64,000 bases of DNA. Origin: a virus. Under the pieces are notes generated by a model. It made no database searches, had not been told where the DNA came from, and saw only the letters and a program-made list of their open reading frames with translations. The stretch lies in IMG/VR virus record IMGVR_UViG_3300033233_000017, positions 38,727 through 102,726 of that record. One strand, given 5' to 3'. The stretch's first letter is position 1; the number at the start of each line of letters is the position of its first letter. A program made the position numbers and the translations under genes. Below, piece after piece: positions 35,440 to 44,076 of the stretch.

Positions 35440-37326
35440 CTACACCTGTCCGTTCCGCTGCTCGCGCCCGAGTCGAGGATTGCGACCGCCCGCCAGCGCG
35501 ATGCCATCCTGATTCTGCTGCTTTAGCGCATCCAGCCATTTCTGCGCCTGCGGGATCTCCAGCACTTGATACAGGTACTCCAGCGGGATCAGCCCACGTG
35601 ACGCGAGCCCGATGGCGATCTGCTTCTCCCGGTCGCGTGCCCCGGAGTGCAGCGAACCCGGCGCGACGATCAGCGCGAAGTTCTTCCAGAATTCCCGCTT
35701 CGTCTCGTTGTTCGAACCTTCATAGGAACTGGGCCACAGTTTGTCCGGGTTGAAGTCGAAATCACTGTCAGCCACCCCGTTCTTTCCGAACAGTTTCATG
35801 CGCTGCGAGCGGGTGTAGAACTGGATTACGTTCGACATCGCTTGCACGCCCGTGTCCCGCAGGAAAGTCTCGATATAGCGGCCTTCCAACTTGCGTGAGG
35901 TCTGCATGGCATCGCGCATCTGTTCCAGCACGTCTCCACCCGGAACCTGCGCTTTCTTTCCCAACGCGGCCACGTCCAGATTCCCGGCCTGTTTCTCGTA
36001 TTCCGGGATGAGGAACTGAGCCAACATCTGGAACACGTAGGCGGGCAGTTGCGGCGGTTCCATGTACCGGATGTCCGCTTGCGGGTTGGCGTTCAAGCCT
36101 TCCAACCGCAGTTTTTGCCCCGGCGCGTCTTGCAGGAAGTTCTTCCAGGCAGGCAGTGGAACCGAACTGGCGCGACTGATAGCAGTGGGATTCAGCGCCC
36201 GCTTGACCATATCGAGCGTGCCGGCCACGATCTCGTTGATGGCGAGGTTCATGGGAATCAGATCGCGATACTTACTCAGCCCCCAGACGGAGTAGAAGAC
36301 CGGATTCAACCGAAGCATGGCGAATGGGTATTGCCCATGCCAGAAGGGATTAGGACCGTCGTACATCAGCCGTTTCCCGGCGAAGGCCAGCAACCGCTTG
36401 TAGGGATACAGGCGCTCTCCGGGAGCGACCGTATACCACCAGTCATGCTCGCTCGGAGAGAGGTACTGGTCGCGGACGACGACGCGGTGAGTGGACTCGT
36501 TGATGGATGGGTCGTCTACATAGAACTCCTGCCATTCGAGATTGCGGAACAAACCGGTTCCACCCATGGACATCTCCGGGGAAGCGTTCTGCTGTGCGAT
36601 CAACCGCTTCAGTCCGGGGTTCATACCGTTCCAGGTCAGTTCAGGGATGTGCCCAGGACGGACGTAGCGATTAGTGTCCGCCAGCGCCTCCATGCCAGAG
36701 ACGCATTCGCGTTCCAGACCGCGCGCCCGCATCCCGTATTTATTGATCGCCCAGGATAGCGGCTTCCAGGCGAGATAGCGCACCCCTGTGGATTCCTGGA
36801 TGTGGAACCCCGGCTGAATTAGCATGACCTGATCGGGGCCGCAGGGCAGCAGTTTCATGACGCCAGGACGCGCAGCGCCAATCTTCCAGAACGCGGTGCC
36901 CCACGCCATCGAGATGTCTCCGGTGGTGACCAGCGACAGGTCCGCATCGCTGCGTGCCCAGGAATCGTGAATGGCGAGATGAATGATCTTGGCGATGTCG
37001 TCGTACCCGGTCCCCGGTTGCGCGGTCACGTCAATCACGGGGCGCGTGTCCGTCAGCATAGAAAGCGTATCGAAGCGCGATTTGCCGATCTTGTTCTGGA
37101 AGAACCTGGATTTGTAGCGCGGGCGGTCCGCTCGATGGTAGTTTCCCTGGATATACTGGATGTACTGCTGGACGGAATTGATCTCGCTATTGAGGCGCGC
37201 GGTGCGCTGCGACTCCTCTATCGCGCCTTCCATCCAGATGCCCATTCTCCGGTGATAATCCTGCTCCAGATCCGGTTCTTGTGAGGCGTCTTCGGTATAC
37301 AGCGGTCCGCGCGGTAGGTAGTCCAT
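35440..37326 (-). CDS. portal protein (P22 gp1-like)
   Basis: 628 aa downstream of the terminase; TDTRPVIDV, WGTAFWKIG, NPFWHGQYPF, WGLS motifs. Confidence 0.85.
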   Translation of the reverse strand: MDYLPRGPLYTEDASQEPDLEQDYHRRMGIWMEGAIEESQRTARLNSEINSVQQYIQYIQGNYHRADRPRYKSRFFQNKIGKSRFDTLSMLTDTRPVIDVTAQPGTGYDDIAKIIHLAIHDSWARSDADLSLVTTGDISMAWGTAFWKIGAARPGVMKLLPCGPDQVMLIQPGFHIQESTGVRYLAWKPLSWAINKYGMRARGLERECVSGMEALADTNRYVRPGHIPELTWNGMNPGLKRLIAQQNASPEMSMGGTGLFRNLEWQEFYVDDPSINESTHRVVVRDQYLSPSEHDWWYTVAPGERLYPYKRLLAFAGKRLMYDGPNPFWHGQYPFAMLRLNPVFYSVWGLSKYRDLIPMNLAINEIVAGTLDMVKRALNPTAISRASSVPLPAWKNFLQDAPGQKLRLEGLNANPQADIRYMEPPQLPAYVFQMLAQFLIPEYEKQAGNLDVAALGKKAQVPGGDVLEQMRDAMQTSRKLEGRYIETFLRDTGVQAMSNVIQFYTRSQRMKLFGKNGVADSDFDFNPDKLWPSSYEGSNNETKREFWKNFALIVAPGSLHSGARDREKQIAIGLASRGLIPLEYLYQVLEIPQAQKWLDALKQQNQDGIALAGGRNPRLGREQRNGQV

Positions 37327-37335
37327 TTCGATCTC

Positions 37336-37578
37336 CTAAGCTGGCAGCACTTTCAGCACACTCAATTGGTTGCAAATGACCCCGCAGCGCGGGTCCGGTA
37401 AGAAGACATCGACGGCGCGTTGTGCCAGCGCCGCGTCATGGAAGTCAAACAGGAAGTTCTCTACGTCATCCACCCATTCCCGTACGCAGTCGCTTCCGGC
37501 CATCCGTTCGGCTTCTAACTGTGGGAGTGTCTCCGTCATCACGATCACGCAATAGAGAGCCACCCCCGCTTCTGGCAT
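37336..37578 (-). CDS. hypothetical protein
   Basis: Tight packing between the FmdB-like gene and the portal. Confidence 0.5.
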   Translation of the reverse strand: MPEAGVALYCVIVMTETLPQLEAERMAGSDCVREWVDDVENFLFDFHDAALAQRAVDVFLPDPRCGVICNQLSVLKVLPA

Positions 37579-37581
37579 GGC

Positions 37582-38001
37582 TCAGACCCAACACCCCGGC
37601 AGAGACGCGCCATTCACGCTCTGGCCGTCCTGGGAGATTTCGAGGTTGCCCACCTCGTCGGGCATGGCGAGCCCTTCGGCGCGGCAATACTCCTGCTGAT
37701 CTTTCCGGGTACGCAGGATGCAGCGTTCCGGTTTCCCGTCTGCCATACGACTGGAGTTGCGGCGATAGGCCACCAGCCCGCCCATCTTCTGCTGTGCCCA
37801 GTAGCCTTCCTTGGACGGGTCGGCATAGGCGCAGAGCGGTTTGTCCCAGATGATCTGCGGGCGGGAGATGAGCAGCGCCGTGGGTTGGCCGCAGGCATCG
37901 CACGCGGCCAGCGGCGAATCGAAGTGCGGATAGTAGTGCTCGGCTGGGTGGTTCCGCTCTGAACACTCCGGATTGCGGCAGATGCTCTCGTAAAGCGGCA
38001 T
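37582..38001 (-). CDS. FmdB-like zinc-ribbon protein
   Basis: MPLYESICRNPEC..CDACG..LLISRP. Confidence 0.7.
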   Translation of the reverse strand: MPLYESICRNPECSERNHPAEHYYPHFDSPLAACDACGQPTALLISRPQIIWDKPLCAYADPSKEGYWAQQKMGGLVAYRRNSSRMADGKPERCILRTRKDQQEYCRAEGLAMPDEVGNLEISQDGQSVNGASLPGCWV

Positions 38002-38003
38002 CG

Positions 38004-38141
38004 TTACTTGCCTTTCTTGACGGTGCGCCGCGCCGTGTCGAGCGCGATGGCGACCGCCTGTTTCTGTGGCTTCCCCGCCGCGACTTCGGTGCGGATGTTC
38101 TGGCTGATGGTTTTCTGGGAACTGCCCTTTTTCAGTGGCAT
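38004..38141 (-). CDS. small basic phage protein (45 aa; below the ORF-track cutoff)
   Basis: MPLKKGSSQKTISQNIRTEVAAGKPQKQAVAIALDTARRTVKKGK, a common phage head-module family; RBS AGGAGG. Confidence 0.75.
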   Translation of the reverse strand: MPLKKGSSQKTISQNIRTEVAAGKPQKQAVAIALDTARRTVKKGK

Positions 38142-38151
38142 CGGAATCCTC

Positions 38152-38340
38152 CTAATTTTTACCGTGGCCGAATGCTTGGTCCACCGCCCGTTCCGTGATC
38201 TCCCGACCGTCGTAGGAGTTGTGGATCACCACCGTGCCCCCGCCTTCGACCGGCTTTTCCAGCACGGGGCGGCAGGCGCAGAACCGGGATTCTTCGTGCT
38301 CTTTGAGATCATTGACGGGCATCACGTGAACGTCGTCCAT
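38152..38340 (-). CDS. small His/Cys metal-binding phage protein
   Basis: HVMPVNDLKEH..CACRP..HNSYDGRE; RBS AAGGAG. Confidence 0.65.
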   Translation of the reverse strand: MDDVHVMPVNDLKEHEESRFCACRPVLEKPVEGGGTVVIHNSYDGREITERAVDQAFGHGKN

Positions 38341-38350
38341 GCCATACTCC

Positions 38351-38899
38351 TTAAACCGCGACGGCTTCCGTCGCGGACCGCTTACGCAGCATCGCCAGAA
38401 CGTCCTTCGAGTTGAAGGTCTGTTTCCCCAAAAGACGCACGAACTCGCGCCGGTCGGTGGCGTCCATGGGGATGTTGCCGCCCTCGGGGTAAAGCTCGAA
38501 GGCCCACCCGTTTTGCAGGACGCAGTTGGCGACCTCGGTGAGCACTTCCTTAACCGTCAGCCCCATCTCCTTGGCGTGCCCTTCCAGCGGCACATGCAGC
38601 GACGGGTCGATCTCGAAGCGAATCACGAAAGCGCCGTCGTGAAAGCCCAGAGCTTTCTCTACCAATCGGACGATCTGCGCGGCCTCGGTGAAGGGCGCAT
38701 CTCCGTTCGCCTTCTGGAGCGCCTCCATGTGCCGGGGTTGCAACATCAGCCCGCCCGTGGCGTATTGCTCCAGGAACCATTCGGCCCAGGTGCGAATCGT
38801 GGTCGCCGGGTCCGACTTCGACTCTGCCGCCAACTTCTGATAGGTTTCCGCCTTCAAAGTCAACAGCGCAGGTACGGAAATGGGTTCTACTTTCGCCAT
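38351..38899 (-). CDS. possible DNA-binding protein with two ribbon-helix-helix-like segments
   Basis: LTLKAETYQKLAAES and IRFEIDPSLHVPLEGHAKEMGLTVKEVL; ATG at 38899 after GAGG. Confidence 0.45.
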   Translation of the reverse strand: MAKVEPISVPALLTLKAETYQKLAAESKSDPATTIRTWAEWFLEQYATGGLMLQPRHMEALQKANGDAPFTEAAQIVRLVEKALGFHDGAFVIRFEIDPSLHVPLEGHAKEMGLTVKEVLTEVANCVLQNGWAFELYPEGGNIPMDATDRREFVRLLGKQTFNSKDVLAMLRKRSATEAVAV

Positions 38900-39030
38900 A
38901 AAAGCTCGGTCCTCACTTGGAAGTATAGGTCGAAAAATTAATTGGTACAATACTTTCTGGTCTTTTTCTTACGCAACACATCAAGATGTGCCACGTAAGC
39001 ACAACCGCAGGAAGACGTATGCGCATACGC

Positions 39031-41283
39031 TCAGTACGCATCGTAGTCTGCCACCAAGTCAACGGAGTCTTCCAGCATCCCGCGCCATAGTTCCATGTCG
39101 GGATCTTCCGGACCGAGATTCTGGGTGGTGTCGGTCTCCGGATCGGCCTCTGCGTTCAAGTTGCGGTAACCGGTCAGCAGTAGAGAACCGCAGTGCGGGC
39201 AGTTTCCGACTTCGGCCACCGCCTTGGCCGGGAATTTGTAGTCGCAGGCGCAACACTGCATGATCCAGGGCGAGGTGTCCAAGTTCAGCACCCGGCGCAG
39301 CGGAACATATCCCAAGTTTGGGTCGAAATCGCTAAATCGCGCCGCCAGCAGCGCGATCATGCCTGCGGTGATCTCATCGTCCTTGAATCCCTTAGCGGCT
39401 TCCGGATGGCGGTCGTATTCGTCCTCCATGCGGTAGGTCTTCATCTCCTCGACTGCGTTCCTGGAATGGATTATCCACATGCCTGCCGTCAGCCAGCGGA
39501 TGGCGTGCTCCCGCAGTTTCGGCCGCGTGTTGACGGTCGAGAGCCAATGCACCGAGTTCAACTGCGGGCTGATCGAATCGGCGTTGATGCGCCGGTACAG
39601 GTTTTTGTACTGGCAGACCACGTGAGCGGTGTCACCACAGGATTGGTGATTGTTGTACTCGATTGCCAGCAGCGCCTCGTTGTACCAGCGCGCCAGCGCC
39701 ACGGCTTTATACCCCTGCTCGATGGCTCCCAGTTCATTGGAGCGGAACTTGGCGACCTGCTCATCCGCTCCGCCCCTGCGGTTTACCTTGTTCACCCACA
39801 TGCAGCAGTAATCCGACGCTCCACCGCCGCCGCCAGCCGGATCGACCCCGACTGCGTATTCGAAGTCCTCATTCGGAAGTTCCCAGATCTCCAGAGGTTT
39901 CACCTCGAATTCGTGCCGTCGATCACAGTCCTCCTGAATGCAGCGTTCCGTTCGTGGGTTGAAGGCGTGGAAGCGGCCCTGCTTGTCCAAGTCCCCGCGC
40001 ATGATCGGATCACGAATCGTTTGCGTCACGTGACGCATAATGGACTCGTTAAATAGTTGAATTCCAGAGACTTGGAACGCCTCTTCTGCGGAGACGCACT
40101 GTTCCTGGTGCAGCTTCTTCAGGGCCTCTTCGTCGTGCGCGTTGACCCGGCGCAGTTCCATCCAGCGCAGGAATCCGTCCGGCAGAACGTAAGAGCGCAG
40201 AGTGCCGTTGTTGCAGGTCGGGCAATTCAGTTCGGAGCGGTCCAGCCCGCCGATACGACGCTGGTGGAACTGCTGGCAATTGCTGTTATCGCAGCGCACC
40301 CACTCGCGCTCGACTCGCTCCCGCATCCCGGATTCTTCCTCTTTTACGGTCCAGCCATCGGGCGGTGCGGTGAAGTGGCTGCGGTCGAAGAACGACGGCA
40401 GGAATAGCGGCTTCCAGTCGGCGCGGCCATCTGCTTCGAGTTCCATATTATTGCGCCACAGCAGATGCGCGTAGCGCCCCGCGCCCTTGCCTGTGCTCTC
40501 CAGGAACCCGAATGCTTCCGGGTTGTCTGGGATGGCGTTGCGGATATCCTCCTCGATGATAGTACGGGCTTTCTTGTCTTCCCAGTCACAATGTTCGGAG
40601 CCATGGAAGGCCATATAGGTCTTCCCCTGAATCCCGGTGATCTTGTTCGCGCCATAGGCTTCTACCTGCGAATTCAATCCTGGGTCGCTGTAGCGGTCTT
40701 TCTGGTCGGTGTCGAAGATCAGCCCCTTTTTGAACTCTCGGCTCGCGCACTGCGGTTTCATCCACCACGGCATCCGGTCGTAGATGTGCTGCATGATGCC
40801 GAACAAGTAGGCAGCGTGGCCCGGATCGTAACTCACCACCACCGCGTTGACGTTCTTGAAGTACATCGTGCGCCACGCGATCATGCCTTCGATCAACGTG
40901 CTGCATCCGAGCGCCCGCGATTTAATGATCTGTACCTTTTGAGCGGCGTTGGGATACAGTGCCTTCAACCGAAGGTTGTATTCGAGGATGAGTTCCTGGC
41001 TCTCCCATAGGCTGAACAGCACGTCGCCGCGATCCTTCGTGGTGATCCAGAAATAGTTTTTGGCTGCGTAGTAGAAGTTGGCGCGGCAGAGTTCCAGTTG
41101 CTCGAAGATCTTGTCGCGTTCGGCTTTGACCAATTTGTCCCAGGAGTTGTGATCCGGTTCGTCGTAGTAGTCGATCATCGTGGAGATTCCGGGATCACGC
41201 ACCCATCGACGCGGAGCGCGCGGAGGGATGATCGCGGGCGGACGACTAATCCGAGAAGGTCCCGCCCAGTTCGGGCTACTCAT
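39031..41283 (-). CDS. terL: terminase large subunit
   Basis: Walker A IIKSRALGCST, Walker B FHGSE, coupling motif ESTGKG, nuclease motifs VGVDPAGG..SDY, AIEYNN and DDEI. Confidence 0.9.
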   Translation of the reverse strand: MSSPNWAGPSRISRPPAIIPPRAPRRWVRDPGISTMIDYYDEPDHNSWDKLVKAERDKIFEQLELCRANFYYAAKNYFWITTKDRGDVLFSLWESQELILEYNLRLKALYPNAAQKVQIIKSRALGCSTLIEGMIAWRTMYFKNVNAVVVSYDPGHAAYLFGIMQHIYDRMPWWMKPQCASREFKKGLIFDTDQKDRYSDPGLNSQVEAYGANKITGIQGKTYMAFHGSEHCDWEDKKARTIIEEDIRNAIPDNPEAFGFLESTGKGAGRYAHLLWRNNMELEADGRADWKPLFLPSFFDRSHFTAPPDGWTVKEEESGMRERVEREWVRCDNSNCQQFHQRRIGGLDRSELNCPTCNNGTLRSYVLPDGFLRWMELRRVNAHDEEALKKLHQEQCVSAEEAFQVSGIQLFNESIMRHVTQTIRDPIMRGDLDKQGRFHAFNPRTERCIQEDCDRRHEFEVKPLEIWELPNEDFEYAVGVDPAGGGGGASDYCCMWVNKVNRRGGADEQVAKFRSNELGAIEQGYKAVALARWYNEALLAIEYNNHQSCGDTAHVVCQYKNLYRRINADSISPQLNSVHWLSTVNTRPKLREHAIRWLTAGMWIIHSRNAVEEMKTYRMEDEYDRHPEAAKGFKDDEITAGMIALLAARFSDFDPNLGYVPLRRVLNLDTSPWIMQCCACDYKFPAKAVAEVGNCPHCGSLLLTGYRNLNAEADPETDTTQNLGPEDPDMELWRGMLEDSVDLVADYDAY

Positions 41284-41677
41284 CGTTGTTGTCCTGGTCT
41301 TCGGCCTGCACGTCGATCACGCGCTCCTCGGAAGCTTTCCGCTCCATCTCCTCGATCATGGATTCGAAGGAGCGCCTGCGCGTGTCTCCGTTGACCTGTG
41401 ACTGCATGATGTTGGTAGTCACCGAGACCCCGTTAGGGCCTTTGTCGTAGCCCAGAATCCGGCTCATGATCTCGCGGACTTTATTGTTGTCTGCCTTCAG
41501 CCCGCGTTTCATCGACTCCCAGTATTCGTCGGTCACTTCCGTCGCAATACTCATGAGCTTGCGTTCGACCGTTTTGCGGAAGGCGCGCTTGGTCATGACG
41601 CGAGCGGGACGTCGCGCAGGCGGTTGCGACTCCTGAGTGGTGGCAACTGCCGTGGTGATGTTCGGTTCTTCAGGCAA
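41276..41677 (-). CDS. putative terminase small subunit
   Basis: TTG start after AAGGAG; helical 133-aa protein overlapping the terL start. Confidence 0.5.
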   Translation of the reverse strand: MPEEPNITTAVATTQESQPPARRPARVMTKRAFRKTVERKLMSIATEVTDEYWESMKRGLKADNNKVREIMSRILGYDKGPNGVSVTTNIMQSQVNGDTRRRSFESMIEEMERKASEERVIDVQAEDQDNNDE

Positions 41678-41690
41678 AAGGAACTTCTCC

Positions 41691-43313
41691 TTACTGATTT
41701 GGCATCCCCGCACTGGTCGCATGTGCGGTCGTTCCGTCGAAAATGAAACTCTGCATACTGCACTTGTTGATCGTGGTTCCAACCGTCATGCCGCCAAGCA
41801 CCGTCGTCGGCCATACGAAGGTCTTAGCTGCCGCTCCTTGGCAGAGCACGAAGTCGAGTTGTTGCCCCGCGACCGCATTCACGAGCGTTGAAGAGGTCAC
41901 GTTTGACGTCAACGACATCCAGAACTTCCCGCCCATGGATGCGTAGAACACAGGCGTGGCGCTCGATGCGACGTAAGCCGGATGCGTGCTTGCTCGCGAC
42001 ATCGAGAATGGGTTCGTCGCGCCTGACAACACGGGGTCCTCGACCGTCCATTTAGTCACGCCAAGACCCGTACCGTCCAGATAGTAGAAGTAATCGTCAA
42101 GGTGGGTCGGGGTGTACGTGTCCCGGATCACTGGTCGAACGAACTTCACGTTCCCGATCTTCTCTCCGCCGCCGCTTGCCCTATAAATCACCACCGCTGT
42201 CTTCACCGTGGCGTTAATATTTGGGTTGCTGTTGACGACATGGAGATCCTGGAAGGTCACCACCGGACAGGACTGATACCACCGATCCCAATAGACGGAG
42301 AACATGGAGTTGCTGACCAGCGGGCGGTCGAACAGGATCACTCCCCCCACGCCACTTGTTCCCGTGGACCATGCGCAGTTGCTCATGATCCCGGAGACGG
42401 GCTCGCTATCCGCGTGCAGGTTGCGAATGGCTATGTCCACGGGGGGACTGGTGTTATCGAGATGGAAGAGACTCACGCTGAATCCACACCCAGAGTTGTT
42501 GTAGGTGTGAATTCCATCGAAAAGGATACGCTTCAGGCTCTCCGCTGTAAGGTTTGGCTCGATGTCCACACCGCATTGCGGATCAGCGCCGGTCGTATTC
42601 GAGAAGAAGGAGTCCCGAATCGTCACGTCGATCCCGCTGATGAGCGAGAGCCCCTGCCTGCGGTTGTTGTTCGCGCTCACGCTTTGCAAGACCACCCGGA
42701 GCGGAACCGACGACCCCGTCCCGATGTAGAACCCGTCCCCTCCTGAGTCGTTCGCAGCGACCCCCTCGATCCGGATGTCGCTACCTCCACGAATGGCGAT
42801 GGCGTGATTGGCTGAACCAGAATACTCGGCCTTCGGCATTTGAAAGATCGACCCATAACCGATGATGGTGACGTTCGGCACGTCCGTGATCGCTATCAGG
42901 TTTTGTTGTGCCGTGAATCCCGCTTTCGCCATAAACACAGTCCCCGGATCAATGTGAATCGTAGAGTTTCCAGGGATTGCGGTTGGCCCAATCAAGTAGC
43001 GCACCGTGGGCTTGGGAATGTGCAAGGTTTTCCCGACCGCCGCCGCCAACGCGCTGGCGAACGCCGCGCTGTCGTCCGTCGTGCCGTCTCCGACCATGCC
43101 GTAGCTTCGAGCGTTAGTGTTGATCGCAAGACCGCCATAGGCGTCCGTCGCCGGGATACAGTCGGTCATCGCGATGGCGGAGCAGGCTGGCTTGCCGTTT
43201 AGGTGTTGGGCGCTGATTGGCCCAAACATGCCGACGCCGCTCTGCGCATGGCAGGACAGCGCACAGAGGGAAGTGAAAATGCTTCGCAGGATCTTGTAAC
43301 TTATTCTCGACAT
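41691..43313 (-). CDS. signal-peptide-bearing pectate-lyase-like right-handed beta-helix (tailspike/depolymerase-like)
   Basis: MSRISYKILRSIFTSLCALSCHA signal; YGMVGDGTTDDSAAF, GDGFYIG, NNRRQGLS, GVDIEPN. Confidence 0.75.
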   Translation of the reverse strand: MSRISYKILRSIFTSLCALSCHAQSGVGMFGPISAQHLNGKPACSAIAMTDCIPATDAYGGLAINTNARSYGMVGDGTTDDSAAFASALAAAVGKTLHIPKPTVRYLIGPTAIPGNSTIHIDPGTVFMAKAGFTAQQNLIAITDVPNVTIIGYGSIFQMPKAEYSGSANHAIAIRGGSDIRIEGVAANDSGGDGFYIGTGSSVPLRVVLQSVSANNNRRQGLSLISGIDVTIRDSFFSNTTGADPQCGVDIEPNLTAESLKRILFDGIHTYNNSGCGFSVSLFHLDNTSPPVDIAIRNLHADSEPVSGIMSNCAWSTGTSGVGGVILFDRPLVSNSMFSVYWDRWYQSCPVVTFQDLHVVNSNPNINATVKTAVVIYRASGGGEKIGNVKFVRPVIRDTYTPTHLDDYFYYLDGTGLGVTKWTVEDPVLSGATNPFSMSRASTHPAYVASSATPVFYASMGGKFWMSLTSNVTSSTLVNAVAGQQLDFVLCQGAAAKTFVWPTTVLGGMTVGTTINKCSMQSFIFDGTTAHATSAGMPNQ

Positions 43314-43344
43314 CTCCGTCTCCCATATGCGCACGTACGCGCAG

Positions 43345-43566
43345 TTAGGCTCCCGGTGGTAGCGGTTCGACAACGCCGATACTGGCCCAGAATTTGCGCC
43401 AGTCGTCGTAGATGCGCAGCATCCTCTTGTCCCACTCCAACCGCATCGACGGGTCCATGGTCTCTCGTACAGTCGCGGCGTAGTTAAATGCCGCGACTAC
43501 GATTCCCTCTCCAGGGAGGGAACCCTTGAACTCCACCGCAATCGTCTTTACTACTGGATCGGCCAT
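43345..43566 (-). CDS. hypothetical protein
   Basis: ATG at 43566 after AAGGAG. Confidence 0.5.
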   Translation of the reverse strand: MADPVVKTIAVEFKGSLPGEGIVVAAFNYAATVRETMDPSMRLEWDKRMLRIYDDWRKFWASIGVVEPLPPGA

Positions 43567-43576
43567 GCCGGTCTCC

Positions 43577-44056
43577 TTAGCGCCGTGGATGGCGCGGATG
43601 TAACTCTTCCTCTGGTTCCGGTTCAGGTTCCCGTTCACGGAACGCTGAGATCGGTTTTCTGCTCCGAATCCACTGTCCGGCAAATTGGCTCAATAAGCCC
43701 AAGGCGATTCCGCTCAATAGGTACATCTGCAACTGCGAATTCGACTCCAAGCGCGATAACCGCTGTTCAATCACAATGGCGCTGACCTCGCTGGCGCGAG
43801 TCTCCAGGGAGCGCAGACGCGCCGAATGGTCCGCCAACTTCTCCACAAACGGTTGATGGCCGGAGGGGTCCGTCTCTGTGGGTCCGTAGGGATTAGCGAT
43901 CTGTGCCACCAGCGCTAAGCACAACCCGACCGCCAAAGTGACCAGTGCTGCCATGCGCAATCCAACTAAAGCGTAGGCCAGTATTGGGATGCGACGGATC
44001 ACGTACCAGATCAGTCTCAGCGTCGAATGCATCCAAACTCCATGCAGTTTTTTCAC
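43577..44056 (-). CDS. membrane protein (TM, coiled coil, TM); possible lysis accessory
   Basis: Hydrophobic N-terminal segment, heptad region, C-terminal TM and basic tail; GTG start after AGGAG. Confidence 0.5.
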   Translation of the reverse strand: MKKLHGVWMHSTLRLIWYVIRRIPILAYALVGLRMAALVTLAVGLCLALVAQIANPYGPTETDPSGHQPFVEKLADHSARLRSLETRASEVSAIVIEQRLSRLESNSQLQMYLLSGIALGLLSQFAGQWIRSRKPISAFREREPEPEPEEELHPRHPRR

Positions 44057-44076
44057 GTACGTCTCCTGGGTGAGTA

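Noticed and set aside
38947-38976. Possible promoter TTGCGT-N18-TATTGT after terL
   Set aside because: Weak match in an AT-rich gap; plausible but not supportable without TSS data.
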